A stretch of 64,000 nucleotides of DNA from Candidatus Latescibacterota bacterium (GCA_965242865.1 CBDETK010000013.1:1248001-1312000); one strand, 5' to 3'. Counted from the stretch's first letter, positions 48,578 to 59,354 are shown. Notes: generated by a model from the letters alone, not told the origin. Translations and numbers: made by a program.

Positions 48578-49588
48578 CTAGATCGCCACCTTCTGCCCCT
48601 TCTCGACCGCTTCGATCTCCTTCAGGCACAACAGCAGGGAGTTGCGCGCGCTCTGACCGCTCAGCTCCTGCGAGGCCCGGCCGTGGGCGATTGCATCCAC
48701 CGCTTCCTGCAGTTCGCCGACGAAGCCATCCTCGCCCGGCAGGGGCGGCGTGCAGACCTCGCCGTCCTTGGTCAACAGGTGCGGCGGCTGGCCCCAAGAC
48801 GAGTTGTACTTGAGCGTGGCCTCCTCAAAGTACACGTCATAACCGTGCTCAAAGGGACAGCCCGATTGCGCCAACCAGCCGCCTTCGGCGCTGATCGCCA
48901 TGGGGCTGTCGTACTGGTAGTGCGTGTTGATGTACTCAACCGTGCCGCCGCGGCCGACGTACCCTTGCGCGCTGACTGCGGCGGGCATCCCAAACAAAAA
49001 CTGCACGAAGTCCGCGTCGTGGATGTGTAGGTCGATCGCGGGGCCGCCGGTCCGCTGCAAGTCGGCGGGTGCCCACCACGCCGGGCGTGCGATGATCCGC
49101 TTGAAGTGGGCGGCGAGCACCGGGCCGTGCTCTGCGCTGGCGACGAGCTGTTTGATCAGCCGGAACTCTGGAAAATACCGCAGGACGTGGGCCACCATAA
49201 ACTGCCGCTGGTGTTGTTGGGCCGCGGCCACGATTCGGTCGGCGTCGTCCAAGGCTACGGCAATGGGTTTTTCCAATAGCACGTGCTTGCCCGCGGCCAA
49301 GGCGCGGATGCTGGTCTCGACGTGCATCGTCGTCGGCAGGCAGATATCTACCAAGTCGATTTCTCCATCGGCGAGCAGCTCGTCCAGCGTTTCGTAGCAC
49401 CGCACTCCCGACAAGTCCTGCACCCCGCCGCTGTCGCCAAAATTGCCCTGAATATCGCGCCAATCCCCGGCGCGCTTTTTGGGATCGCGCGAGACCAGGG
49501 CCGCGACTTGGCCCCCTTTAACTTGGGCCATCGCCTTGTAGTGAGTCATGCCCATAAAGCCGATGCCAACAATGCCGATGTGGACCAT
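48578..49588 (-). CDS. Gfo/Idh/MocA family oxidoreductase
   Basis: GIVGIGFMG, GKHVLLEKP and DLHIHD. Confidence 0.9.
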   Translation of the reverse strand: MVHIGIVGIGFMGMTHYKAMAQVKGGQVAALVSRDPKKRAGDWRDIQGNFGDSGGVQDLSGVRCYETLDELLADGEIDLVDICLPTTMHVETSIRALAAGKHVLLEKPIAVALDDADRIVAAAQQHQRQFMVAHVLRYFPEFRLIKQLVASAEHGPVLAAHFKRIIARPAWWAPADLQRTGGPAIDLHIHDADFVQFLFGMPAAVSAQGYVGRGGTVEYINTHYQYDSPMAISAEGGWLAQSGCPFEHGYDVYFEEATLKYNSSWGQPPHLLTKDGEVCTPPLPGEDGFVGELQEAVDAIAHGRASQELSGQSARNSLLLCLKEIEAVEKGQKVAI

Positions 49589-49618
49589 TATTTCCTCCTT
49601 GTGTGGAACTGGGAACCG

Positions 49619-49967
49619 CTAGAATAGGCGCGGAGGACGACTGCTGTCAAGGTGCTGGTCCGGTAGAAAACGCTCATCCAAGGGCATTCGCTGGGGTTCA
49701 ATCGCCAGCGGTTGAACCAAGTTCGTCGTCGTCGCAAGATACCACTGGTCTTTGCCTGCCTCGGCCATCAGCGGCTTCAATTCAAGGGCACCGGCGCGGA
49801 ATTGGCGCAGACGCTCAGGAGCAACCTGCACGACCAGATAGCGATCTTGCCCGTCCTCGCTTTCTATCAGCAGGGCCAGATATTGCCCGTCCTCGGCGTC
49901 GCGGGCTTCAAATAGCTGCGGGCCCGTCGTATTCAAACAGCGTGTTCGTGTGGCGAATCGTCGTCAT
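49619..49967 (-). pseudogene. Frameshifted DUF6575-like gene, last in the defence operon
   Basis: ATG overlaps the uvrD stop (ATGA); MTTIRHTNTLFEYDG, then an extra C near 49921, then PQLFEARD...YLALL. Confidence 0.55.
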
Positions 49968-51895
49968 CTGGTTTCCACCGTGCATTGTGTCAGTATATTG
50001 GTGCAGGCTGTCTGCGTTGGTAATCCCATCTCCCCCAGAAACCGCGAAGGCTTCTTAGACCAACCAGCATAAGACTCGGCCCAAGTCAGCGTCAGACTTG
50101 CCTGAGTGCGCGTAATGGCCACAAAGCAGTTGCGTCGTTCTTCCTCAATGTCGCCACTCCGTACCGCATAATACGAGGGCAGTTGATCTTCGGCCAACCC
50201 GACCAGATAGACGTGCTGAAATTCTCTGCCTTTGGCCAGAGGAATCGTCAAACATTGGACGTCATCACTTGCCGGAAATGATGCTTTGGGACTCAGATCG
50301 AGCTCCTGAAGGAATTGATTCAGCGTCGGATTACCGCCGAGGCTTTGTTGGATACTTCTCTGCAACCCCTTCCACACCTGTTTTTCTTTTATTTCTTCGT
50401 TGAAATCCGCATCGGGACCTTTGGTAGGACCAGCCCTTCGATCGCTCCATTCAAAGACATCGTTCACGAAATCTCGATACTCGAGCCGTTCCAAGAGAGG
50501 ATCGCGAAGAGCAGTTAACAAAGGGGCGGCTGCTTCTCCCACCGACCGCGACGCGCTAGCGACAACTCCCCTCAGCAGAGAGCCACCATTCAGGCTGCTT
50601 TCCGCGTCGGCGTCTTCAGGCTGTACATCCACTGCGGAAAGATCCCGCAATGCTCGACACAAAACGGCCAATTGCTCGCCATCCCTTGGCGCATTTGCCA
50701 AACGCAACGCAGAGTGAATGAAGCGCAGCAGGGGAGACTCGAATTCGTTCTTTCGCTTCACGAGATATGGCGACAATCCTGCCTCCGTCAGTGCATCGGA
50801 CGCATATTCCAAAAGTTTCTTGTTGCGAGCGAGAATCGTGCATTGACCGGGATCAAGTGGTCTCTTCTCTATATCGCTGGCAATCCACTTCATTTCTTGC
50901 TCGTGATCGGCGAATTGCCTGAGTCGGACTACATCGGGCTTAGGCGAACCGACAACCGATACGAGCGGCTTCCTGTCCGCCGCCCGGTCCGAGTTGTGCC
51001 GAATCAGGTTGTTCGCTAGTTCAATCACGTCGGGAGGACACCGGAAACTCTCTGGGAGTTGGACAACCTTCATATTGTAGTCGGCTTGGAGTTTTCGGAT
51101 GCGCTCGGGATTGGCACCATTCCATTGGTAAATCGTCTGGTCATCGTCTGCGACTACAAAAAGATTGGCACTAGAATCAGGGTAAAGAGTACGCAACAGG
51201 AGGTCCTGAGCCATGTTTGTATCCTGATACTCGTCCACGCAGGCAAATGGATAGACCGTGCGGTAGTGCTGGGCAATTCTCGGCCGTTCGCGGAAGAGGC
51301 GCAGGCAGCAGACTAGTAGCATCCCAAAGTCGAGATAGTTTTCACCGATCAGCAGCCGCATATAGGAGTTGTAGATCGGTCGGATCCACTCTATATCAGA
51401 CCCTTGGAACGGCAGCGGCGCATCTTTTTCGTCATGGCCTTCCCTAAGTAAGCGGTCGACCATCTGTACGATGCTGTCCCCCGTCACCGCATCCGGCAAA
51501 CCTGCGACCTCAGCGTCCTCAATAGCTTCGTCTAACAACTGAAGTCGGTCCGCGTCTTGAGTAAGTATCTTGAAGTCCGGGCGTAAGCCTAAATGGCTGC
51601 CGTGTTGGCCCAGCACTTCCATTGCAAAGGAGTGAAATGTCGTAAGGTGAGCCCGATGCGCTTTGAGACCGAGCCTTTGAGATACCCGATTTCTCATCTC
51701 ATCGGCCGCCTTCGTAGCGAATGTCAGCCCGAGAACCTTGAATCGGCTCTCAGGAGATTCCAGAATCAGCCGTGCGACGCGCATAGCCAAAACCAACGTC
51801 TTTCCCGACCCTGGGCCAGCAAGGACCAACATGGGACCGTCATTCCACTCCGCTGCTTCCCGCTGATTGGTGTTCAGACACTCCATTTCGAGCAT
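49964..51895 (-). CDS. UvrD/Rep superfamily 1 helicase (GajB-like context)
   Basis: AGPGSGKT, TFHSF, VDEYQDTN, AKGREF and EERR...VAITR. Confidence 0.88.
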   Translation of the reverse strand: MLEMECLNTNQREAAEWNDGPMLVLAGPGSGKTLVLAMRVARLILESPESRFKVLGLTFATKAADEMRNRVSQRLGLKAHRAHLTTFHSFAMEVLGQHGSHLGLRPDFKILTQDADRLQLLDEAIEDAEVAGLPDAVTGDSIVQMVDRLLREGHDEKDAPLPFQGSDIEWIRPIYNSYMRLLIGENYLDFGMLLVCCLRLFRERPRIAQHYRTVYPFACVDEYQDTNMAQDLLLRTLYPDSSANLFVVADDDQTIYQWNGANPERIRKLQADYNMKVVQLPESFRCPPDVIELANNLIRHNSDRAADRKPLVSVVGSPKPDVVRLRQFADHEQEMKWIASDIEKRPLDPGQCTILARNKKLLEYASDALTEAGLSPYLVKRKNEFESPLLRFIHSALRLANAPRDGEQLAVLCRALRDLSAVDVQPEDADAESSLNGGSLLRGVVASASRSVGEAAAPLLTALRDPLLERLEYRDFVNDVFEWSDRRAGPTKGPDADFNEEIKEKQVWKGLQRSIQQSLGGNPTLNQFLQELDLSPKASFPASDDVQCLTIPLAKGREFQHVYLVGLAEDQLPSYYAVRSGDIEEERRNCFVAITRTQASLTLTWAESYAGWSKKPSRFLGEMGLPTQTACTNILTQCTVETR

Positions 51896-51897
51896 AG

Positions 51898-52764
51898 TTA
51901 TTCCCCAGCACCAGCGAGTTTGATGACCTTATTGAGAATTTCCGACAACGGCTTGGGAACAGGTAAATCGTTCTCCGGTGCTGTCATTCTCGGCAGGTCG
52001 CGCACAAGGCCCATCAGCGAGCGGATGGCGGACGGATGCAAATGGGCCTCCGGTTCCTCAAGGGCCGTAATCGGCTCGGCCACGGGATCGAGATCAGAGA
52101 GCTGGCGGACCTCCAATAAGGGTTTATGCGCCTCAATTAGCCGACGGTTCAAAACGGCGAGTTCCTCTTCGAGTTCCTTCTTTTTATCTGCGGGAACGCC
52201 AAGCTCGGCGAGGAAGGTGCGCCAGAAGCGACCATTGGCGACAAAATGCCTCGAAGCATCCCGCAAAGCGGAGAGGTAGAACGCCGGCACCATGCGCTGA
52301 AAGGTCATGAGTTCAGTTACCGTCTTTGCTCGTCCTAGCAAGGGGTTCCCGTTCGCATCGAGAAAATCCCAGTCCGTTACGGGTTCGGTGCCGTTGTGGT
52401 CAAAGGACGACGTTACCCACAGGGTCACCTGACGGCGATCCTCATCGTCAAAGGTGACGAGCTCGTTAAGTGCTTGCGCGACCTCATCCAGCCATGGTGC
52501 GGAGTCCGTCTCGGCAAATGACAGTTTTATCTGGATTGGATCGGCTTCTGCGGGTGTTGACCCTTCGTCGGAAAGGTGATAATCGTATTCGTTGAACGGC
52601 CCGCGACCCCGGCCGCGCAACCGTTCCAAGCAGATGCGAATAGCCTCCAAAAACGCAGTTTTACCCGAGTTGTTCTCGCCAATCAGGACCGTCGTTTCGT
52701 CGAGATTGACGCTGAGTTCCTTGATGCAACGGAAGTTGCGAATCTCAACGGTGGTCAGCCTCAT
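51898..52764 (-). pseudogene. OLD-family ABC ATPase/nuclease (GajA-like) with internal in-frame deletions
   Basis: NFRCI, GENNSGKT and Walker B LEEPEAHLHP; no signature motif, H-loop or TOPRIM domain; only 288 aa. Confidence 0.7.
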
Positions 52765-52923
52765 TCAGGATACTCTCCCGTTTCAGATTTTGATTGACCG
52801 CTAGGCGTTGAGTTCGAGGAGCCGCGCCCGCCAGCGGTAGCGGTAGGGCTTCTTGCGGTTGCCCCGCTCCCCTTCATCAATCTCGTAGTCGAGCAGAAAT
52901 TCGCAAGTGGGGGTGAGGTCGTC

Positions 52924-55900
52924 CTAGCCGTAGGCATCGAGGATGGCGCGGTCTATGGCGGCATGGAGGTCGCGGAGTTCGGCGATCTGCGGGTCAGTTT
53001 CGTGGGGGTCGTGGAAGCGGTTGTAGGTCTTAGTCATGCCCTCGTCGTTTTGGACCATCAGCGCAGCGCGGAAGTCGTAGTATGCCTTGCCGGCGGCTTC
53101 GAGATCGGGGCGGGTTTCCCAGTTGTCGGGGAAGGGGAAGGTCTCAAAGCAGTCGGACGGGGTGTAGCGGAGTCGGTCTTCCAAGGACGAGCCGAAGAAG
53201 CGCGTCCAGACTTCGTGGGGGCGGGATTGGAGGGCGCAGAAGGCGGCGTGGGTCGTTACTGGAAAGACGATCGTCGAATCTGCGTAAACCATTTCATTGG
53301 GTAGGACTGTGAATGCCGCGTATTGGCCGACACGGGAGATCATCAACACTTGATCCAGATTTGCAATCGTGGCATGCAATCCTTGACGATAGGCCAAAAA
53401 ACGCCACCAATACTTAGCCGCATCACGGTTGATACTGTTCTTTTGCGGCAAGGCGTCCCGTTGAGGCTTCACCCTCTCCTCGACAATCGCCAGCAACTCC
53501 GGCCAGTCCGCCGCCACCGGCTCCGGGTAGTCATGCGGCACGACCGGCTGCCGTCGTAGTTCCCGGCGTCGATCAACGTCCGCGTCCGCCCATGACTCCC
53601 CGACATCCTCCCGCCGCAACGGCCAGTCTCGGAAGTTGATGACGTAGCGATGGTGCGCGTGGGTCGGGCTCGTATTCACTTCCTCGCCGCCGATGTAGGG
53701 GAAGATCGCGTCCTGATTGCGCGGGTTCGTCTCAATGAGCCGCCGCATCTCGGCGAGCGGCGAGGCGACTCCTTTCTTGTCCGTATCGTCAAAGGTGAAG
53801 CCCATGCCGAGGACGTAGCTTCCCACGAAGCTCTTCCTCGCGTTCGACTTGAGCCGCGCCGGATCGTCATGGCCGCCCCGGTGAAAGAGGAACGCGGTGA
53901 TCGTCTCGACCTCATCGTCGTCAATGTATTTCACGCCGGGAAAATGTCCCTTGGCGACGTGAAGTACGCTCACCACCACTGCCGCGGCTCCGGGCCACTT
54001 AACCCGCCGCCGCGCCTGATAGATTTCACCGCCGTGCTCGCAAATCCACCGCAACCCGGTCGAGCGCGTGTCGCCTTGGGCGATGGTGTTAGTGGCAATC
54101 AAACCAAAGGCTCCGTCCTCGCGGATGAGGTCAAACCCTCGCCGAAAAAAGTGCGCCACCAGATCGGCGTTGCCGTGGCTCTCCTCGTGCGCCTGTTTGA
54201 GCCAGTCCGGGTAACGGGCGACATTGGCCGCCGCCACCGTATTCTTTCCCGCAAACGGCGGATTCCCCACCACCGCATCAAACCCCGGATTCTCCCGATC
54301 AAACACCTCCGGAAACTCAAGCTCCCAGTGAAACGGCACCAGCGGCGGGTCTTCCTCGCGCCGCTCGGCCAGCCAACCCCGATAGCAGCCGGCGTTGCCG
54401 CTTGCGACCGCGTCGGCAAACTCAGCGCGTTTGGCTTCCCGCTGCTTGGGTTTAGCCCCCTCAAAGAACGCCGCCAGCACCAAGTCGCCAAATAGCGTTA
54501 CTTGGTCCAATTCGTCGCTGGCATCCTTCCACAATAGCTGCAATTCCCGGTCGGCGACCTCCTCCCCAGCCTCGCGGATGCAGCGGCGCAAAGCCGCCAC
54601 TTTCTCCATTTGTTGATGCACCCGCATCGTCTCAAAGCCGGCGCGAAAGCGCAACGCATCTTCCTTCCAGTGAAACGCTTCAATCTGCTTGCGCGAGAGG
54701 CCGACTAAGGAATCGCCATGGCGCAACTCGTGGTCGAGGAACGTGAGGGGATGATCCTTGGCGAGCGTAACGAGCCACAGAGACAACTTGGCCAAATCCA
54801 CCGCAATCCGATTGCGATCTACGCCATAAATACAACGCTGGGCCACGAGGCGGCGGGCGTAGATCGTTTCGTTTTCGTCGGGCGGAATGGCGGGCGGGCC
54901 GCCGTGAGCATGCCAAGCCCGGATCAAAGCCTCGGCGAGCTGGCGGCACGTCTCGACCAAGAACGCCCCAGACCCCATGGCCAAATCGCAGACCTTGAGA
55001 TCGAGAATTTGCTCGGGACGCGGTGCTTGGCCATCCACACCGCGCAGACGCTCTAAGATGGGTTTGAGGGTGGTGCGAACAATCGGCTCGGTGAGCACAC
55101 GCGGCGTGTAGTGCGAGCCGGAGCGACGCCGCGCTTCGCTGGGCTGGAGCACCATCGCCCTCGGCGGAATGAGATCGGGCGTGGCGATCTTGTCGAGCAG
55201 TGGATCGAGGGCCAAATGCAGGTCGTCGAGCGTAGCCGCAGCCTTGACCCCCTTCTTGGCCCTGTCCGGCAGCTTGCGGTCCGTGCGGTCGCGGAGCCAT
55301 TTCTCGCGCTGGGACGGCGTTTCGCCGAGCAGCTCCTTGAGATTGATAGTCGTCGGTGCCCCGTGCTTCTTCGGAGCCTTGATCGCCGCCGAGTGGCCAA
55401 GCGCGATCTCCAAGCGGAACCCCATCATCGTCTCGTACACCGAGCCGATTTGCTCCACGTCCAGCGCGCGATAGGAAATGCGCTCGCCAGCGAGCACAAA
55501 GAGCTTTTCGAGGGCGCGGTAAATCGTGCCATCGGGAACGAGCGGCGGTTCAATCCGCTCGTGAATTTGGCGTCCCCCGCTTCCCGCACGGCCTTCGAGG
55601 AACTTGAAGCGATCGGGATCAAACAGGGCACCATGGCGCTGCGGCAAATGCAACCCATCGGCCTCGGCCCCATCGTGAATCATGCGGAACAGCACCAACA
55701 ACTGCGCCCAAGCCCCATAGCGCTGGTCCATGGTGTCGGGGTAAAGGGCCGCGTCGTCGCGCAGCCGCTCATAGAGCGCGGCAATGGAGTAGTGGCGCAC
55801 AAAGGTCTCGTCCTCGGGCAGCATGTCGCGTTCCTCGGCGTAGAGCAGAAAAACCAATCGCAGAATCACGGTCAGCAACGCCTGATACACGTCGTCGGGA

Positions 55901-56745
55901 TCCTCGCGCAACGGCTCTTGCAGAAGCTCGCCGCGCGAGGCGTCGTGCGCCGCTTGGAAGCCGCGTAGCAGTTCGTAAAGGGCGTGCAAGACCTGCTCGG
56001 ACAAACGCTCGCTGACTTCGTTTTGGTACTTGCGGCTTTCTTCAAGCAGGTGCGCGAGGCGTTGGTGCGATGGCAGCGTGAGCAGGCGCGACTGGCTCAA
56101 GAGCAGGCGCAAGGCAGCGCAGATGGGCCGCCCGGCGGTCGCGAGCATGTCGGCGACCTCAAAGTCCAGCCAGCCCGAGCTTTCGCCGTGCGGTGCCGAG
56201 ATGAGACGCAGCGCGCGGCCGTTGAAGAGCAGCCCGGCCGGAACGGTCGTGGCGCGTAGCAACCGCTCCATGCGGCCATGGGGCGACGCTTCCAGCCCGC
56301 CCCGCACGGGATCGACGCGGTCGAAGCCTTGACCGGGGTCGAGCACCTGCACGAGGAGCTGCCAAGGCGATTGGCCCTCGCCGGGATTCAGCTCGCGGAC
56401 GGCATACGTTGGGCGCAAGGTCTCGGCATAGTCCGGGAGAGCGACTTCGAGCTTGGAAGGAATCGGGTTTTCGTCCGTCCCGGCGTAGCCCTTGGGCGAG
56501 AAGTTCCAGCCGAGTACCAAACGGGCAAAGGCCCGAAAGTCCGGCAAGTAGGGCTGAGGCGCTGGGCCGGGCTCAAACGCGCGCTCTTGGACGCAGGCCC
56601 TCAGCCGGTCCTGTCCTTCGGCGTCGTGGCGGTTCAAGATCGCGTCCGCCTTGGCCAAGGTCGCCGCAGAGACGACCAAGCCCGTGGGCCGGACAAAGCC
56701 CAGCCATTCGAGGTGCGCGGCGATATTCGGGTCGATTTTGGCCAT
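52924..56745 (-). CDS. Large adenine DNA methyltransferase (DISARM DrmMI / Eco57I-type), probably truncated by a premature TAG
   Basis: RLVFLLYAEER, GSHYTP, DLAMGSGAFL, GNPPF and RLRYTPSDCFETFPFP; directly follows the drmD-like gene. Confidence 0.85.
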   Translation of the reverse strand: MAKIDPNIAAHLEWLGFVRPTGLVVSAATLAKADAILNRHDAEGQDRLRACVQERAFEPGPAPQPYLPDFRAFARLVLGWNFSPKGYAGTDENPIPSKLEVALPDYAETLRPTYAVRELNPGEGQSPWQLLVQVLDPGQGFDRVDPVRGGLEASPHGRMERLLRATTVPAGLLFNGRALRLISAPHGESSGWLDFEVADMLATAGRPICAALRLLLSQSRLLTLPSHQRLAHLLEESRKYQNEVSERLSEQVLHALYELLRGFQAAHDASRGELLQEPLREDPDDVYQALLTVILRLVFLLYAEERDMLPEDETFVRHYSIAALYERLRDDAALYPDTMDQRYGAWAQLLVLFRMIHDGAEADGLHLPQRHGALFDPDRFKFLEGRAGSGGRQIHERIEPPLVPDGTIYRALEKLFVLAGERISYRALDVEQIGSVYETMMGFRLEIALGHSAAIKAPKKHGAPTTINLKELLGETPSQREKWLRDRTDRKLPDRAKKGVKAAATLDDLHLALDPLLDKIATPDLIPPRAMVLQPSEARRRSGSHYTPRVLTEPIVRTTLKPILERLRGVDGQAPRPEQILDLKVCDLAMGSGAFLVETCRQLAEALIRAWHAHGGPPAIPPDENETIYARRLVAQRCIYGVDRNRIAVDLAKLSLWLVTLAKDHPLTFLDHELRHGDSLVGLSRKQIEAFHWKEDALRFRAGFETMRVHQQMEKVAALRRCIREAGEEVADRELQLLWKDASDELDQVTLFGDLVLAAFFEGAKPKQREAKRAEFADAVASGNAGCYRGWLAERREEDPPLVPFHWELEFPEVFDRENPGFDAVVGNPPFAGKNTVAAANVARYPDWLKQAHEESHGNADLVAHFFRRGFDLIREDGAFGLIATNTIAQGDTRSTGLRWICEHGGEIYQARRRVKWPGAAAVVVSVLHVAKGHFPGVKYIDDDEVETITAFLFHRGGHDDPARLKSNARKSFVGSYVLGMGFTFDDTDKKGVASPLAEMRRLIETNPRNQDAIFPYIGGEEVNTSPTHAHHRYVINFRDWPLRREDVGESWADADVDRRRELRRQPVVPHDYPEPVAADWPELLAIVEERVKPQRDALPQKNSINRDAAKYWWRFLAYRQGLHATIANLDQVLMISRVGQYAAFTVLPNEMVYADSTIVFPVTTHAAFCALQSRPHEVWTRFFGSSLEDRLRYTPSDCFETFPFPDNWETRPDLEAAGKAYYDFRAALMVQNDEGMTKTYNRFHDPHETDPQIAELRDLHAAIDRAILDAYG

Positions 56746-56750
56746 GGCGG

Positions 56751-59348
56751 TCAGTTCGTCTCCGGCCAGAGATAGATCAAGCCCACCGGCTCGACGCGCT
56801 GGGCGCGGACCTCGTAAAAGGCGCGGATGCGCTTAGGCTCTCGCTCCAAGTCGCTGTCGAATTGCTCGAGGCGGCGACGCCAAGCGGTCATGTTGGCTTG
56901 CAGTTGTCGCTTTTCTTCGGCGTCGAAGCCCAAAGTCAGTTGAGCGGGTTGGCGTTCGTGTCTGTCCAGTTCTGCGCGGATGTGGTCGCGCTGGTGTTCC
57001 AAGGTGGCGCGGAGATTGGCCGCCTCTTCTTGGCCCCGGCAGCGGAGTTTATTCATAGCGGCCATGGCCAATTTCGCGGCCTGCGGCCGGAGTTGCGGCA
57101 GGAGTTCGTCAATGTCGCGGGGTGCCGCGTTGTCGAGGGACGGAAAGGCCCAGACCGGCCGGCCCTTTTCGTCCTCGCCCCGTTCAAGCGGCGCGGCCCC
57201 GAGCAATTCAAGCGAGCACGAGAGCGCATCGCGGAAGGACGCCGCTTCAAATTTCACCCAATCGCGGGAGGCTTCGAGCACCTCTTGACATTTGGCGATC
57301 TGCGCTTTCAAGTCCTCTTGCCGGTCCCGAGCGGCTTCGAGTTCGTCTTCAACCATGCGCTTGCGCTCCGCATCGAGATCGGCTCGGCCAATTTTTTGTG
57401 CGATCTGGTCGGCCTCCCCGTGCGGGATTCCCCCTTTAAGGTGTCGTTCAATATCGTCGTTGATCACCTTGGCGAGGCTACCGAGTTCCCGCTTGATGGT
57501 CTCGGTCTTGCGGACCAAGACTTCGAGGACGTGGTCTTCGGCGCGTTGGGACAGGACGAAGTAGTGGCAGCGGACCTCGTGGGCCGGTTGGAGCTTGCGG
57601 TCAATGCGGCCATTGCGTTGCTCAATGCGGCCGGGATTCCAAGGCAGGTCAAAGTGGAACAGGTCCGTGCAGTGGGCCTGAAAGTTGAGGCCCTCGCGGG
57701 CGGCGTCGGTGGCCAGCAGGATGCGCAACGGGTCTTTCTTGGGGTCGGCATTGAAGCGACGCTGGACCTCTTTGCGCCGAGCGCCGCTAGTGTGCCCGTC
57801 AATGACCGCGATGCGCTCGTCAGCGCGATCCGTTCTCTCAATCGCCCCATCGAGCATTTCCCGCAAATAGCGCTTGGTCCCCTCGCGGTTTTCCGTAAAG
57901 ATCAGCACTCGGCGGTCATTCCATTGGGCGGGTGCCCCTGCGGACGCTTGGCCGAGGGGCGGCAGAGCGGGACACAAGTTGTCCCGGATCCAGTCAATGA
58001 GCCGCAATACCTTGGCTTCGGGCTGTCCCCGCGCTGCCTCGGCGATCGCCTGCATCCGGTTGAGAAGCGCTTGCTCCCGGTTCCAGAGGGCTTGGGTCAC
58101 TGCATTGCGTTGGGTTTCCGCTTCGGCAAGGGCCGTGCTCGCCTCAATTAGTCTGTTCTCCTCGGCCTCCAGTTCCTCGGGCGTCCACTCGCTGCGCTCG
58201 TCTTCGGCATCCGGCGAGCTCGTGAAGGGACCGGGATCTCTTCGGTCGCCGCCAGAGGATTCATTCGCTCGTTTCCACTGGCGTTCGACGGTCTTGCGGT
58301 GAACCTCAAGGCTGCGTGCGAAAGCCTCGACCGAGGAGAGGAGCCGTTGCTGCAAGCCGATTACGAGAAGGCCCGCTGCCGTTTGGGCCTTTGCCGAGGA
58401 ACTCTGGTGGCGTTGTTTGCGGACCGCGCGGTATTCGTCGAGGAGTTGGGACAAGACGAGTTCTGGAGCGTCTGCGGGAAGGCCGGCGATTTCGATGCGC
58501 TCAACAATGCGCTTGGGGAAGCCGCCCTGAATTTCGCGGAGGTCTTCCTTGAGCCGACGCACCATCACGTCGTCGAGCCCCTGCTTGCCCCGCACCTTGA
58601 CGCCGCGGGTGAAGCGGTAGGGATCGAGCAATTCGAGCAGGGTGGAAAAGCTGTTTGAATGGCCGTTGTGCGGCGTGGCGGACAGGAAGAGCCGGTGCTC
58701 AAAGCGCCCCCCCAAATCGCGCACGGCCCGGGTGAACTTCGTTTCAATGCCGTAGCGTCCGCCGCTCCATGGGGCCGCGTGGTGGGCTTCGTCCAAGATC
58801 AGCAAGCTGCCGGGCCGCATTTCCCCGAGCCATTCTCGCATTGGGTCCGCGTAGGCCGGGTCAATTAGGAGCTTGTGGGAGACTAGGAAGCGGCTGTGGG
58901 TGCGCCAAGGATTGACGCCAAAGCCGCGCTCGCGGCGCATCCGGGTCCAGTAGGCCCGATCGAGAATCTCGAACACGAGGCCGAAGCGCTCCTCCATCTC
59001 GGCTTTCCACTGCTCTAGCACGGAGGGTGGAGCCGCGACTACGAGCGTTTTGGCTTTCTTGCGGAGCAGCAGTTCGCCTGCGATCAGGCCGGCCTCAATG
59101 GTCTTGCCGAGGCCCGTGTCGTCGGCGATGAAGAGGTTGACGCGGGGCAGCCTAAGTGCCTTGTGCAGCGGCTCCATCTGGTAGGCATCGATCTTGATGC
59201 CAGCGCGGAATGGCGCCTGAAAGATGTCCGCGACGGTAGCCGTAACGCAGTTCCAGCGCAGCGTGTGGAGGAACGCCGCGAACTGCCGCGGATCGTCAAA
59301 GCCCTTAGCGGCGAGGTTTTCCCAGCTCTCCTGCTGGAGAATGCCCAA
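56751..59348 (-). CDS. drmD: SNF2-family helicase, DISARM DrmD-like, likely 5'-truncated
   Basis: IADDTGLGKT, DEAHH, SATPHNG, NPGRIEQRNGRIDR and C-terminal EPVGLIYLWP. Confidence 0.78.
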   Translation of the reverse strand: MGILQQESWENLAAKGFDDPRQFAAFLHTLRWNCVTATVADIFQAPFRAGIKIDAYQMEPLHKALRLPRVNLFIADDTGLGKTIEAGLIAGELLLRKKAKTLVVAAPPSVLEQWKAEMEERFGLVFEILDRAYWTRMRRERGFGVNPWRTHSRFLVSHKLLIDPAYADPMREWLGEMRPGSLLILDEAHHAAPWSGGRYGIETKFTRAVRDLGGRFEHRLFLSATPHNGHSNSFSTLLELLDPYRFTRGVKVRGKQGLDDVMVRRLKEDLREIQGGFPKRIVERIEIAGLPADAPELVLSQLLDEYRAVRKQRHQSSSAKAQTAAGLLVIGLQQRLLSSVEAFARSLEVHRKTVERQWKRANESSGGDRRDPGPFTSSPDAEDERSEWTPEELEAEENRLIEASTALAEAETQRNAVTQALWNREQALLNRMQAIAEAARGQPEAKVLRLIDWIRDNLCPALPPLGQASAGAPAQWNDRRVLIFTENREGTKRYLREMLDGAIERTDRADERIAVIDGHTSGARRKEVQRRFNADPKKDPLRILLATDAAREGLNFQAHCTDLFHFDLPWNPGRIEQRNGRIDRKLQPAHEVRCHYFVLSQRAEDHVLEVLVRKTETIKRELGSLAKVINDDIERHLKGGIPHGEADQIAQKIGRADLDAERKRMVEDELEAARDRQEDLKAQIAKCQEVLEASRDWVKFEAASFRDALSCSLELLGAAPLERGEDEKGRPVWAFPSLDNAAPRDIDELLPQLRPQAAKLAMAAMNKLRCRGQEEAANLRATLEHQRDHIRAELDRHERQPAQLTLGFDAEEKRQLQANMTAWRRRLEQFDSDLEREPKRIRAFYEVRAQRVEPVGLIYLWPETN

Positions 59349-59354
59349 GCCGCT

